A stretch of DNA of 45,870 nt from a virus, in the IMG/VR virus record IMGVR_UViG_3300012931_000008; one strand, 5' to 3'. This document shows, one piece after another, positions 25,601 through 30,699 of the stretch (position 1 is the stretch's first letter; each line of letters starts with the position of its first letter). The position numbers and the translations under genes are program-made. The notes under the pieces were generated by a model. That model saw only the letters and a list, made by a program, of their open reading frames with translations, made no database searches and had not been told where the DNA came from.

Positions 25601-26112
25601 AGTCCAGCAGCAGCAGCCAATCAAGTTCGAGCCAGTCGTCCAGCAGCAGCGAATCGTTTTCCAGCCAGTCGTCTTCCAGCCAATCGTCCTCTTCCAGCTC
25701 GATCTCACTATCTTCATCGAGCGAATCCTCGAGCACCTCCTCCTCCTCGAGCAGCTATGGCCTATCACCCAATACGGCGGACCGGGCCTTAATGGCGGCG
25801 GGATTCGGCGTTCAGGAGAGTCTATCGGCGGCGACGATCACCTATCTGGCTCGCGGCGGCGGCTCTCGCTCGATTAAGGCGATTGTGGAATACGTGGGCG
25901 CTCAGCCGCTCGACGGTCTAAAAGGCGGCTCGCGGCCACACGTGGAGCTGCTCGTTCGCAATCACGCGACGTTAGGCATCTTATCGAAGGAGATTGACAC
26001 CGGCGGTGATAAGGTCCAGGTCCCGCTGCGGATGGGCCGCTCGGTGCGGACCGTTCGGATCGTGAAAATTATAGCCCAGGACCGGGCCATGCTGCGGCTC
26101 GCCGCCTGGTAA
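22648..26112 (+). CDS. 1154-aa serine-rich virion appendage protein: unknown N-domain, Ser linker, six-bladed BNR-like propeller, ~420-aa Ser tract, gpFII-like C-domain
   Basis: Asp-box STDGGETW. Six repeats of the (I/C)A(V/F)D(S/A)xDxxH(V/L)xW(E/N/D)G type. The C-terminal 110 aa align with ORF 5639..5986 (GGSRPHVELLVRNHA..IDTGGDKVQV..VRIVKIIAQDRAMLRL vs GGSRPPMEVLVKNNA..VDTGGDRIEV..FRIVEIVNHDAGLMLL). Confidence 0.75.
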   Translation: MSTTGAKFPTASSTTSEAPYDHLTWQTPNNIFGNEGNNCYIDDNAFDSGIESYILKGKGFDFSVIPDSATIVGVTVKVEAHYTTGAAGIALAQLLDTSGAKVGTNLCSTPKPITQTTPTVITIGAADNLWGNVLTPQWVKDPDFGVALGVIPTGNNSNVYIDYVTMEVTYAESSSSSSSSSSSSSSSESSSSSSLSSSSSESSSSSSSSSSQSSSSSSQSSSSTSSSSSSSSSFSATPLPGFLVTDDITNYINLNHTIHRKLVRTSNGDLHCVYYRTISGYNQICYAKSTDGGETWAETQLTSANYGQSNPAIAVDSNDVLHVVWEGKSAGSTTNAQIRYMKYDGSWSGITELTDSTKGDGAQTYCGIAVDSNDYLHVCWEGKPEGGSYHQIRYIKFTDSWQTIVDLSSETYDQGVPTIGVAPNDNVHVFWDGQNDASPTHVQVHHRVYTDSWQDIEDLTSSEWSSYEPHCAFDSSGNVHLAYQSQEETVWNVRYRLYNGSWQAEVDITSGSIYENSSITIAVDAQDDIHVAWNGYHAGSSSTYQIRYRLYNGSWQAIQNLTEYLPEQRVPNLIWAYHPIIGGARTNRPATGYALIWANDNSEIRYLASDDLTWDPPSSSSSSSESSSSSESSSSQSSSSSSSSQSSSSSSSSSSQSSSSSSSSLSSSSSSSSESSSSSSSSLSSSSSSSLSSSSSSSSLSSSSSSSSLSSSSSSSSLSSSSSSSESSSSSSSSSSESISSSSSSLSSSSSSSSQSSSSSSSSSSESSSSSSSSLSSSSSSSSLSSSSSSSQSSSSSSSSSSESSSSSSSSLSSSSSSSSQSSSSSQSSSSQSSSSQSSSSQSSSSSQSSSSQSSSSSQSSSSQSSSSSQSSSSQSSSSSQSSSSQSSSSSQSSSSQSSSSSQSSSSQSSSSSQSSSSQSSSSSQSSSSQSSSSSQSSSSQSSSSSQSSSSQSSSSSQSSSSQSSSSSESSSSQSSSSSQSSSSQSSSSSQSSSSQSSSSSESFSSQSSSSQSSSSSSISLSSSSESSSTSSSSSSYGLSPNTADRALMAAGFGVQESLSAATITYLARGGGSRSIKAIVEYVGAQPLDGLKGGSRPHVELLVRNHATLGILSKEIDTGGDKVQVPLRMGRSVRTVRIVKIIAQDRAMLRLAAW
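23161..23345 (+). repeat. Ser-codon tract 1 of the giant ORF (about 60 codons)
   Basis: Mixed AGC/TCN codons with occasional E, L, Q and T. Confidence 0.85.
24499..25754 (+). repeat. About 1.26 kb of Ser-codon tandem repeats, including about 7-8 copies of a 66-nt unit (about 25110-25640)
   Basis: The unit is cagtcgagcagcagcagc caatcgagttccagc cagtcgtcttccagctcg caatcgtcatcgagc (QSSSSS QSSSS QSSSSS QSSSS). Successive 60-nt lines shift by 6 nt. Confidence 0.85.
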
Positions 26113-26131
26113 GCGGCGGGCGTCCTTTCGG

Positions 26132-26172
26132 CCCCCGCGCTGTCGTATCGCCCGATAGCCGCGGGGGTTTTT
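26132..26172. terminator. Bidirectional rho-independent terminator at the convergence of the late operon and the minus-strand genes
   Basis: Stem cccccgcg / cgcggggg, followed by TTTTT on the + strand. Confidence 0.75.
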
Positions 26173-26178
26173 ATTTAG

Positions 26179-26205
26179 CCACAGAGGACACAGAGAGCAC
26201 AGAGA
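26179..26205 (+). repeat. E-type array, 3 x 9 nt (CCACAGAGG variant of the B type)
   Basis: ccacagagg acacagaga gcacagaga. Confidence 0.85.
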
Positions 26206-26206
26206 A

Positions 26207-26368
26207 TTATTCTCTCTTGGTCTTGTTATTCAAATCTCGCAATTGCTCCCAGATCTGCTGAAGAAGCAGGATTTGCTCATTCACGCGAAACAGCCAACGC
26301 ATACCGATGATGTAAATCAGGGTGAACAAACTGGCTCCGCCGATCAAAAGGACGAACCATGTATCCAT
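26207..26368 (-). CDS. 53-aa membrane protein (not in the supplied ORF track, which lists ORFs of 60 aa or more)
   Basis: Minus strand: GAAGGAGAGG, then 4 nt, then ATG. Translation MDTWFVLLIGGASLFTLIYIIGMRWLFRVNEQILLLQQIWEQLRDLNNKTKRE, then TAA. Confidence 0.55.
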   Translation of the reverse strand: MDTWFVLLIGGASLFTLIYIIGMRWLFRVNEQILLLQQIWEQLRDLNNKTKRE

Positions 26369-26379
26369 TTTCCTCTCCT

Positions 26380-26838
26380 TCAACTGGCTGTTTTTTGTTT
26401 CCTTCGGTGAGTTTCCCCGCCAGGAGGACCAAGTGCTTTGCGCAGACTCTCAAGCTCTCGTTTTTCTTCAGCGCTCGGGATTTTATACGTGATAAAATGC
26501 TTTATCTTGGCCGTCAGCTCGTTTATGGGTTCTGTTCTCATCGCCGCCTTGTCTTCGGACCGGCCAATCTGCAGTTCATCCAACAGTCTCAACAGTATAG
26601 CACGTATTTTTTCTTGCTCGGGATTGCGCTCAACCTCTTTGCCGACGGCCCTGGCCATATAATATTCCCTCGTTTCCGCTGAGGAATCTTGCAAGGCCAT
26701 CACGCCAGCCGATAGAATACGCTTCAGATTTCCCGATCTGGCCACCAGTTCGGCCGCTACCGGCTTGGCAAATTCCTCTAAATCATCAATGCGCGTCGCC
26801 ATAAATCTGAATTTTCTGAAAAATATTTGAGCTTGCAA
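26380..26838 (-). CDS. Hypothetical protein; candidate lysogeny/regulatory gene by position only
   Basis: One of only two minus-strand genes, divergent from the early region. An alternative ATG start lies at 26802. No HTH motif recognised. Confidence 0.45.
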   Translation of the reverse strand: MQAQIFFRKFRFMATRIDDLEEFAKPVAAELVARSGNLKRILSAGVMALQDSSAETREYYMARAVGKEVERNPEQEKIRAILLRLLDELQIGRSEDKAAMRTEPINELTAKIKHFITYKIPSAEEKRELESLRKALGPPGGETHRRKQKTAS

Positions 26839-26854
26839 GTCTCGTATAAATAAG

Positions 26855-26871
26855 CATTTACGTAGTAAATG
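26855..26871. promoter_or_regulatory. Operator-like palindrome catttac-gta-gtaaatg
   Basis: 7-bp inverted arms with a 3-nt spacer in the divergent control region. A second near-palindrome, tacaaaattgta, follows. Confidence 0.4.
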
Positions 26872-26892
26872 TATTTTTCGTACAAAATTGTA

Positions 26893-26921
26893 TTGACGAA
26901 ATCCACGCCTCAGTCGATATT
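26893..26921 (+). promoter_or_regulatory. Candidate rightward early promoter
   Basis: TTGACG, then 17 nt, then GATATT. Confidence 0.3.
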
Positions 26922-27060
26922 ACTGATAGAAATGAATAAGGAGTTACCGTATGCGACAGAGCAATCTGATGAACCTCAAGCATGGCCCTCAAGCGCCGAT
27001 ACTTCCCGATGCTCTGTCGCAGGATGTCATCCTTAGTGTCGGCGCTGTTTTTTCTTTTGA

Positions 27061-27096
27061 CCACAAAGACCACGAAGGGCACGAGGGGCACGAAGC
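27061..27096 (+). repeat. B-type array, 4 x 9 nt (CACGAAGNN)
   Basis: ccacaaaga ccacgaagg gcacgaggg gcacgaagc. Confidence 0.85.
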
Positions 27097-27102
27097 CGGA
27101 TC

Positions 27103-27130
27103 GATGAACGATGAACGACGATCGATGAGC
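27103..27130 (+). repeat. H-type array, 4 x 7 nt (GATGAAC)
   Basis: gatgaac gatgaac gacgatc gatgagc. Confidence 0.7.
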
Positions 27131-27222
27131 TGTTTGGGCCTCCTTACCCGGCCATGGTCCGGGTCTTTTCATCGCCCGGATTGTAGCATAAGTGGAGCGG
27201 TGTTGTCAACAATAAATTTTCA

Positions 27223-27249
27223 CCACGAAGGGCAAGGGATTACGAATAA
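27223..27249 (+). repeat. Degenerate B-type array
   Basis: ccacgaagg gcaagggat tacgaataa. Confidence 0.5.
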
Positions 27250-27257
27250 CGGTTTAA

Positions 27258-27285
27258 CCACGAAGGGCACGAAGGGGCACGAAGA
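27258..27285 (+). repeat. B-type array, 3 units
   Basis: ccacgaagg gcacgaagg (g)gcacgaaga. Confidence 0.85.
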
Positions 27286-27290
27286 TGAAC

Positions 27291-27325
27291 AATCTTAAAT
27301 CACAAATCACAAATCTTAGATCCAA
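27291..27325 (+). repeat. F-type array, 5 x 7 nt
   Basis: aatctta aatcaca aatcaca aatctta gatccaa. It ends 18 nt before ATG 27344. Confidence 0.75.
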
Positions 27326-27343
27326 GTCGGGAGGTCAAGCCTG

Positions 27344-27673
27344 ATGGTTGCTTTTGCCGAACATAAACTCCCCGCGGCCCTCGACATCGCCATGACCTTA
27401 GAGGCGGATCTCTACAGGGTCTGCAGGATGGACGGTCTGGCAGCCGCCTGCATCGACAGATACTGGCCGGCGATGACGGCTGATCAAATCGCTGAGATCA
27501 TGATGAACACCTTTGCCTCTGAGTTGCTTCCGTCAATCGACAGTCCATCGGCGGAGTTTAATGCCATCGCCAAAGCGGCCTTCAGGACAGCCCCCAAACG
27601 CGCCATAGACGATACGCTCGCTCAAACGTGCCGAACCGCGAAAGGTACAAAGGAACACGAAGATGAGCAATAA
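27344..27673 (+). CDS. Hypothetical protein (first early gene)
   Basis: RBS gggagg lies 11 nt upstream. The C-terminus runs through a B array (AKGTKEHEDEQ). Confidence 0.55.
   Translation: MVAFAEHKLPAALDIAMTLEADLYRVCRMDGLAAACIDRYWPAMTADQIAEIMMNTFASELLPSIDSPSAEFNAIAKAAFRTAPKRAIDDTLAQTCRTAKGTKEHEDEQ
27637..27663 (+). repeat. Degenerate B-type array overlapping a start codon
   Basis: cgcgaaagg tacaaagga acacgaag-ATG. Confidence 0.5.
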
Positions 27674-28067
27674 TCCCTCGACAATCCGCGAACGCAGAAC
27701 GCAGCACGCACAACGCGGCACGCCCAAGAGCTGGCATCATCGCATGGCCCGCCTCATCGTCGGTGATTACCGGCCGGCCTGCATGGCTTCCGGATGCCCG
27801 AAAGCATACGGCGTCGCCCGCGCTGCCACGTTGGTCTGCGAATGGGACCAAGACCAGAACGGCCGAATGGTTAGCCGCCAGAGGCTGTACTGCAATGAGC
27901 ACGGTTCGCATTTCGCCGGGATTCATAGAATCTATTTGGCTGACCTGCCGCAGGCGAAGCTCTCGGAACTCGAGCAGGCCGACCGCAGCGGCTGGCGATA
28001 CAGCGATGATCTCACCACGAAGGGCACGAAGGAGCACGAAGAGGAGGCATTCAATGTCACCCGATAA
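27663..28067 (+). CDS. Hypothetical Cys/His-containing protein
   Basis: A 134-aa ORF. The N-terminus crosses a G array and the C-terminus crosses a B array (TTKGTKEHEEE). Confidence 0.5.
   Translation: MSNNPSTIRERRTQHAQRGTPKSWHHRMARLIVGDYRPACMASGCPKAYGVARAATLVCEWDQDQNGRMVSRQRLYCNEHGSHFAGIHRIYLADLPQAKLSELEQADRSGWRYSDDLTTKGTKEHEEEAFNVTR
27690..27724 (+). repeat. G-type array, 5 x 7 nt (NNACGCN)
   Basis: gaacgca gaacgca gcacgca caacgcg gcacgcc, 27 nt downstream of ATG 27663. Confidence 0.75.
28015..28041 (+). repeat. B-type array, 3 x 9 nt
   Basis: ccacgaagg gcacgaagg agcacgaag, followed by aggagg and ATG 28054. Confidence 0.9.
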
Positions 28068-28395
28068 ACCCGCCACAATTATTCTCGATGAGAGCCTGAT
28101 GCGAAAAGCCCCGCCGCTCATCGAGCTGGAGGCCCTGGCGGGCAAGGCGGTGGCGCTGCTGGCTTGCCGCAAGGAGGCGGTCTCGGCGACGATCTTCCGC
28201 AAGCCAGCGGGCAAGTCATATTGGGTCAGCTTGATGGATACCGGCCGAAAGATAATCGCCCTTATGGAGCTGAGGCCCCAGACCCCGGTGGTGGATTTCG
28301 AGATCGTCAATCGGGCGGTGAGTGACTTGGTTGTTTACCCACGAAGGGCACGAAGAGCACGAAGGAGCACGAATGAAGACATCTTTGATCGATAG
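28054..28395 (+). CDS. Hypothetical protein
   Basis: GAGGAGG lies 6 nt upstream of the ATG. The C-terminal tail reads a B array as PRRARRARRS. Confidence 0.55.
   Translation: MSPDKPATIILDESLMRKAPPLIELEALAGKAVALLACRKEAVSATIFRKPAGKSYWVSLMDTGRKIIALMELRPQTPVVDFEIVNRAVSDLVVYPRRARRARRSTNEDIFDR
28339..28374 (+). repeat. B-type array, 4 x 9 nt, overlapping a start codon
   Basis: ccacgaagg gcacgaaga gcacgaagg agcacga-ATG (28373). Confidence 0.9.
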
Positions 28396-28543
28396 AACTA
28401 AAATAGTGACCCTTCGAAACGGGAAGAAAAAACGAGTAAATCTCTTTGATTACAATATGGCCTATGCAGCGGATGGATACGTTCAACTTACAGATGATAG
28501 CTGGATCAAGGCGAGATTACTTAAGGCTTTAAATAGTCAATAG
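28373..28543 (+). CDS. Hypothetical small protein (56 aa)
   Basis: AAGGAG lies inside the B array, 5 nt upstream. The stop TAG lies inside a D array. Confidence 0.5.
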   Translation: MKTSLIDRTKIVTLRNGKKKRVNLFDYNMAYAADGYVQLTDDSWIKARLLKALNSQ

Positions 28544-28565
28544 TAAATAGTCAATCGTCAATGGC
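28531..28565 (+). repeat. D-type array, 5 x 7 nt (CAATAGT)
   Basis: aaatagt caatagt aaatagt caatcgt caatggc. TAG at 28534, 28541 and 28548 covers all three frames. Confidence 0.85.
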
Positions 28566-28700
28566 GGCTCCGCCGCTGGGTTCTTTGACAAGTTAAGACG
28601 GGTTTGTAGCTCAGTTGACAGGGCGCCTTCTTTTTGATAGGCTGCCGCGAACCTTGGATGACGAGGTTTGTGGCTAACCCTTGGAAAGGAGGTGGTGGCC

Positions 28701-29699
28701 ATGATTACAGCCACATCCCTGGTTCAGACTTTTTTGAGTGAGCATGTTCTGTTTTTAGCCGAAAGCACACTCGAGACGATCGAGCGGGCGTTCCGTTACT
28801 TCGTTCGCGCGGTGGGCAATCGGCGGATCGACCGGATCGAGCCGGCCGATGGCGAGGCGTACAAGGCCTGGCATTTGAGGACCAGCCGCAGCAAGACGAC
28901 GGCGAACATCCATTTGCGCAGCGTCAATTGGGTGCTCAATTGGGCCGTCGATCCGAAGAAGTTTCTGGCGGTCAACCCGCTGGCTCGGATCAAGCAGTTC
29001 CGCATCACCCGCAACCCGATTCGCATCTATGAGCCGCACCAGGTCGAGCGGATGATGCGCTTTGCTCCTAACGATCGATGGCGGGCGATTCTGCTGAGTG
29101 CCTATCAGACGGGTCTTCGTCGCGGTGAGCTGCTGAATCTGACGCGCGACAACGTTCGCGGCGGCCACATCTACGTCGAGCCCAAGCGCAGCACGCGGCA
29201 GACCTGGCCCTGGGAGCCGAAGGATAAAGAGATCCGTCAGGTCCCGATTACGCCCGAGCTCGATGCGATGCTTGCTGCCTTGCCCGGTTACTATGTTCTG
29301 CTGGATCCGCAGCAGGTCAGTCGGTTGCTCGGACTGCAGAGGCTCGGTTTGCTCAGGCATCGGCAGCGAAAGTGCCCGCAGGAGAATTTCCGCCGGACGT
29401 TTGTGGCGATCCAGCGGCGGGCCTTCGGCCGACAGATCGGCAACTTTCATCAGTTGCGAAAGACCTTCACGACAATGATGTGTACCGGTCTGCCTGACTA
29501 TCAGGTGATGCAATTGACCGGCCACAGCAGTCTCAAAACGATGACTTATTACCTGGCGAGCAGGCAGTCGGACGACCAGATCGTGCGCCAAATCGCCTCG
29601 CAGGGGCTAAAAAAAGGGTCTCCGGCGATACCAGAGACCCAGCCACACCCGCTGTGTCGCGGGCAAAGCGATTGGGCGATACAGGACTTGAACCTGTGA
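28701..29699 (+). CDS. int: Tyrosine recombinase / phage integrase
   Basis: AAGGAGG lies upstream of ATG 28701. Motifs LSAYQTGLRRGELLNL (Arg I), HQLRKTF (HxxR) and LTGHSSLKTMTYY (His-Tyr). The 3' tail runs into a tRNA fragment. Confidence 0.9.
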   Translation: MITATSLVQTFLSEHVLFLAESTLETIERAFRYFVRAVGNRRIDRIEPADGEAYKAWHLRTSRSKTTANIHLRSVNWVLNWAVDPKKFLAVNPLARIKQFRITRNPIRIYEPHQVERMMRFAPNDRWRAILLSAYQTGLRRGELLNLTRDNVRGGHIYVEPKRSTRQTWPWEPKDKEIRQVPITPELDAMLAALPGYYVLLDPQQVSRLLGLQRLGLLRHRQRKCPQENFRRTFVAIQRRAFGRQIGNFHQLRKTFTTMMCTGLPDYQVMQLTGHSSLKTMTYYLASRQSDDQIVRQIASQGLKKGSPAIPETQPHPLCRGQSDWAIQDLNL

Positions 29700-29724
29700 C
29701 TTCCTGCGTGTAAGGCAGAAGTCC
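29673..29724 (-). other. 3' half of a tRNA gene (anticodon arm to acceptor end; anticodon loop CTTACAC = UAC, Val-like); candidate attP core
   Basis: The minus strand reads GGACTTCTGCCTTACACGCAGGAAGTCACAGGTTCAAGTCCTGTATCGCCCA. T arm ACAGG-TTCAAGT-CCTGT. No matching 5' acceptor GGGCGAT lies upstream. Confidence 0.6.
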
Positions 29725-29900
29725 AAAAAAGACGGTAATGAGTCATCTAATTTAACCAGCTACAAACCTCCTTTCCAAGGTATGCCGGGGGGAACGTTCT
29801 TCTGTTTATGTTCACTTCTCATCCTCCCGGCTGGCATTATTTTCCATACCCTCCTCGTTTCGCAGCGCCGGCCTTGGGTTCCGGGCCGGCCTGCATTTAT

Positions 29901-29973
29901 CGCGGCGAAGAGCAACCGGACGCTCACCTGGCTCATAACCAGGAGGTTGAAGGTTCGAATCCTTCCGCCGCAA
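29901..29973 (+). tRNA. tRNA-Met(CAU), initiator-like (C1-A72 mismatch); no encoded CCA
   Basis: Hand-folded: CGCGGCG-AA-GAGC-AACCGGAC-GCTC-A-CCTGG-CTCATAA-CCAGG-AGGTT-GAAGG-TTCGAAT-CCTTC-CGCCGCA-A. It parallels E. coli tRNA-fMet (CGCGGGG...CUCAUAA...). Confidence 0.8.
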
Positions 29974-30100
29974 TAGGCGCAAGCGATCAGAGCTTGCAAT
30001 TACTGGCCCCAGCCGGCGGTGGGCGAAAACACCGGCCTTTGAAACCTTCATGACCCGGCGCCGCAGCGGGTGATCTGCGGCAGATTTAAGAAAATGTTCA

Positions 30101-30118
30101 CCACGAAGAACACGAAGG
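30101..30118 (+). repeat. B-type array, 2 units, followed by 2 F units
   Basis: ccacgaaga acacgaagg, then ag caatcga aaatcac. Confidence 0.7.
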
Positions 30119-30224
30119 AGCAATCGAAAATCACTTACACCAGGTAACAGGCGCTGAATCGCAACGTGTTGGAGGCGGTAGAGGAATCCGGAAGGATCGG
30201 GACGGCGCCTGAACCTTTTGAAGG

Positions 30225-30275
30225 GAACCGCAGGTGAACGCAGGTGAACGCAGATGAACGCAGATGAACGCAGAT
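30225..30275 (+). repeat. C-type array, 5 x 10 nt (GAACGCAGAT)
   Basis: gaaccgcaggt gaacgcaggt gaacgcagat gaacgcagat gaacgcagat. It ends 19 nt before ATG 30295. Confidence 0.9.
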
Positions 30276-30294
30276 ACAGACAGGAGATAGAAGA

Positions 30295-30447
30295 ATGGAA
30301 CAATTGAACGAATGTTACCAGGAGCAAGAGCGAAAGAACGACGAGCTGATCGTGACGATGGCCTGGGCCCTGGCCTTCGGCTTCGGCCTGGGCGTGCTGT
30401 ATGGCGCCGCCCGGCTGGTCATCGCCGCCGCTCAATGGATTTTCTAA
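30295..30447 (+). CDS. 50-aa membrane protein (below the ORF-track size cut-off)
   Basis: aggagatagaaga-ATG. Translation MEQLNECYQEQERKNDELIVTMAWALAFGFGLGVLYGAARLVIAAAQWIF. The stop is followed by a CCACGAAG unit. Confidence 0.5.
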   Translation: MEQLNECYQEQERKNDELIVTMAWALAFGFGLGVLYGAARLVIAAAQWIF

Positions 30448-30505
30448 CCACGAAGAGCTGGGTAGAGACGCCTTGACCGGCCTTGACTGAAAAGGAGAAT
30501 GAAGA

Positions 30506-30655
30506 ATGCATGAATGTCCTGATTGTGGGCAGATGTGTTGCTGTAACGGCGATATCGATGACATCGATTCGGGGCCTTGGCGCGGTTGTGAACATTATAA
30601 AACGGCAGACTGTGACCATGATGATGACTTCGATGATGAGGACTATTACCCATGA
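30506..30655 (+). CDS. 49-aa Cys- and Asp-rich protein
   Basis: aaaggagaatgaaga-ATG. Translation MHECPDCGQMCCCNGDIDDIDSGPWRGCEHYKTADCDHDDDFDDEDYYP. Confidence 0.45.
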   Translation: MHECPDCGQMCCCNGDIDDIDSGPWRGCEHYKTADCDHDDDFDDEDYYP

Positions 30656-30699
30656 CTGATCGCGAATACAAAGAGTATGAATGGGCTGGGTCGAATCGA

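Noticed and set aside
24386-25768. Long minus-strand ORFs (460 aa and 424 aa) with striking ELDWLLLLDWLDDDCELEDDWL-type repeats opposite the serine tract
   Set aside because: They are the antisense reading of AGC/TCG Ser codons. They are open only because the repeat lacks stop triplets. They have no start-site context, and the sense ORF is continuous with flanking globular domains.
26951-27298. His/Glu-rich peptides (HEGHEGHE, TKGTKGHE) as metal-binding or functional low-complexity proteins
   Set aside because: The same DNA motif is read in all three frames in different ORFs and also occurs untranslated, so the peptide patterns are by-products. ORF 26951 does have a canonical RBS, so translation of a leader cannot be excluded. 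No protein function is claimed.
28600-28680. A full tRNA gene starting GGGTTTGTAGCTCAGTTG upstream of the integrase
   Set aside because: Only the acceptor 5' strand and part of a D arm are recognisable. No anticodon stem, T arm (GGTTCGA-type) or complementary 3' acceptor could be folded. It is treated as a tRNA-like relic or possible binding motif.
29812-30564. 250-aa minus-strand ORF spanning the tRNA-Met and the B/C arrays
   Set aside because: It runs antisense through a well-folded tRNA and several repeat arrays. It has a low-complexity translation and no start context.
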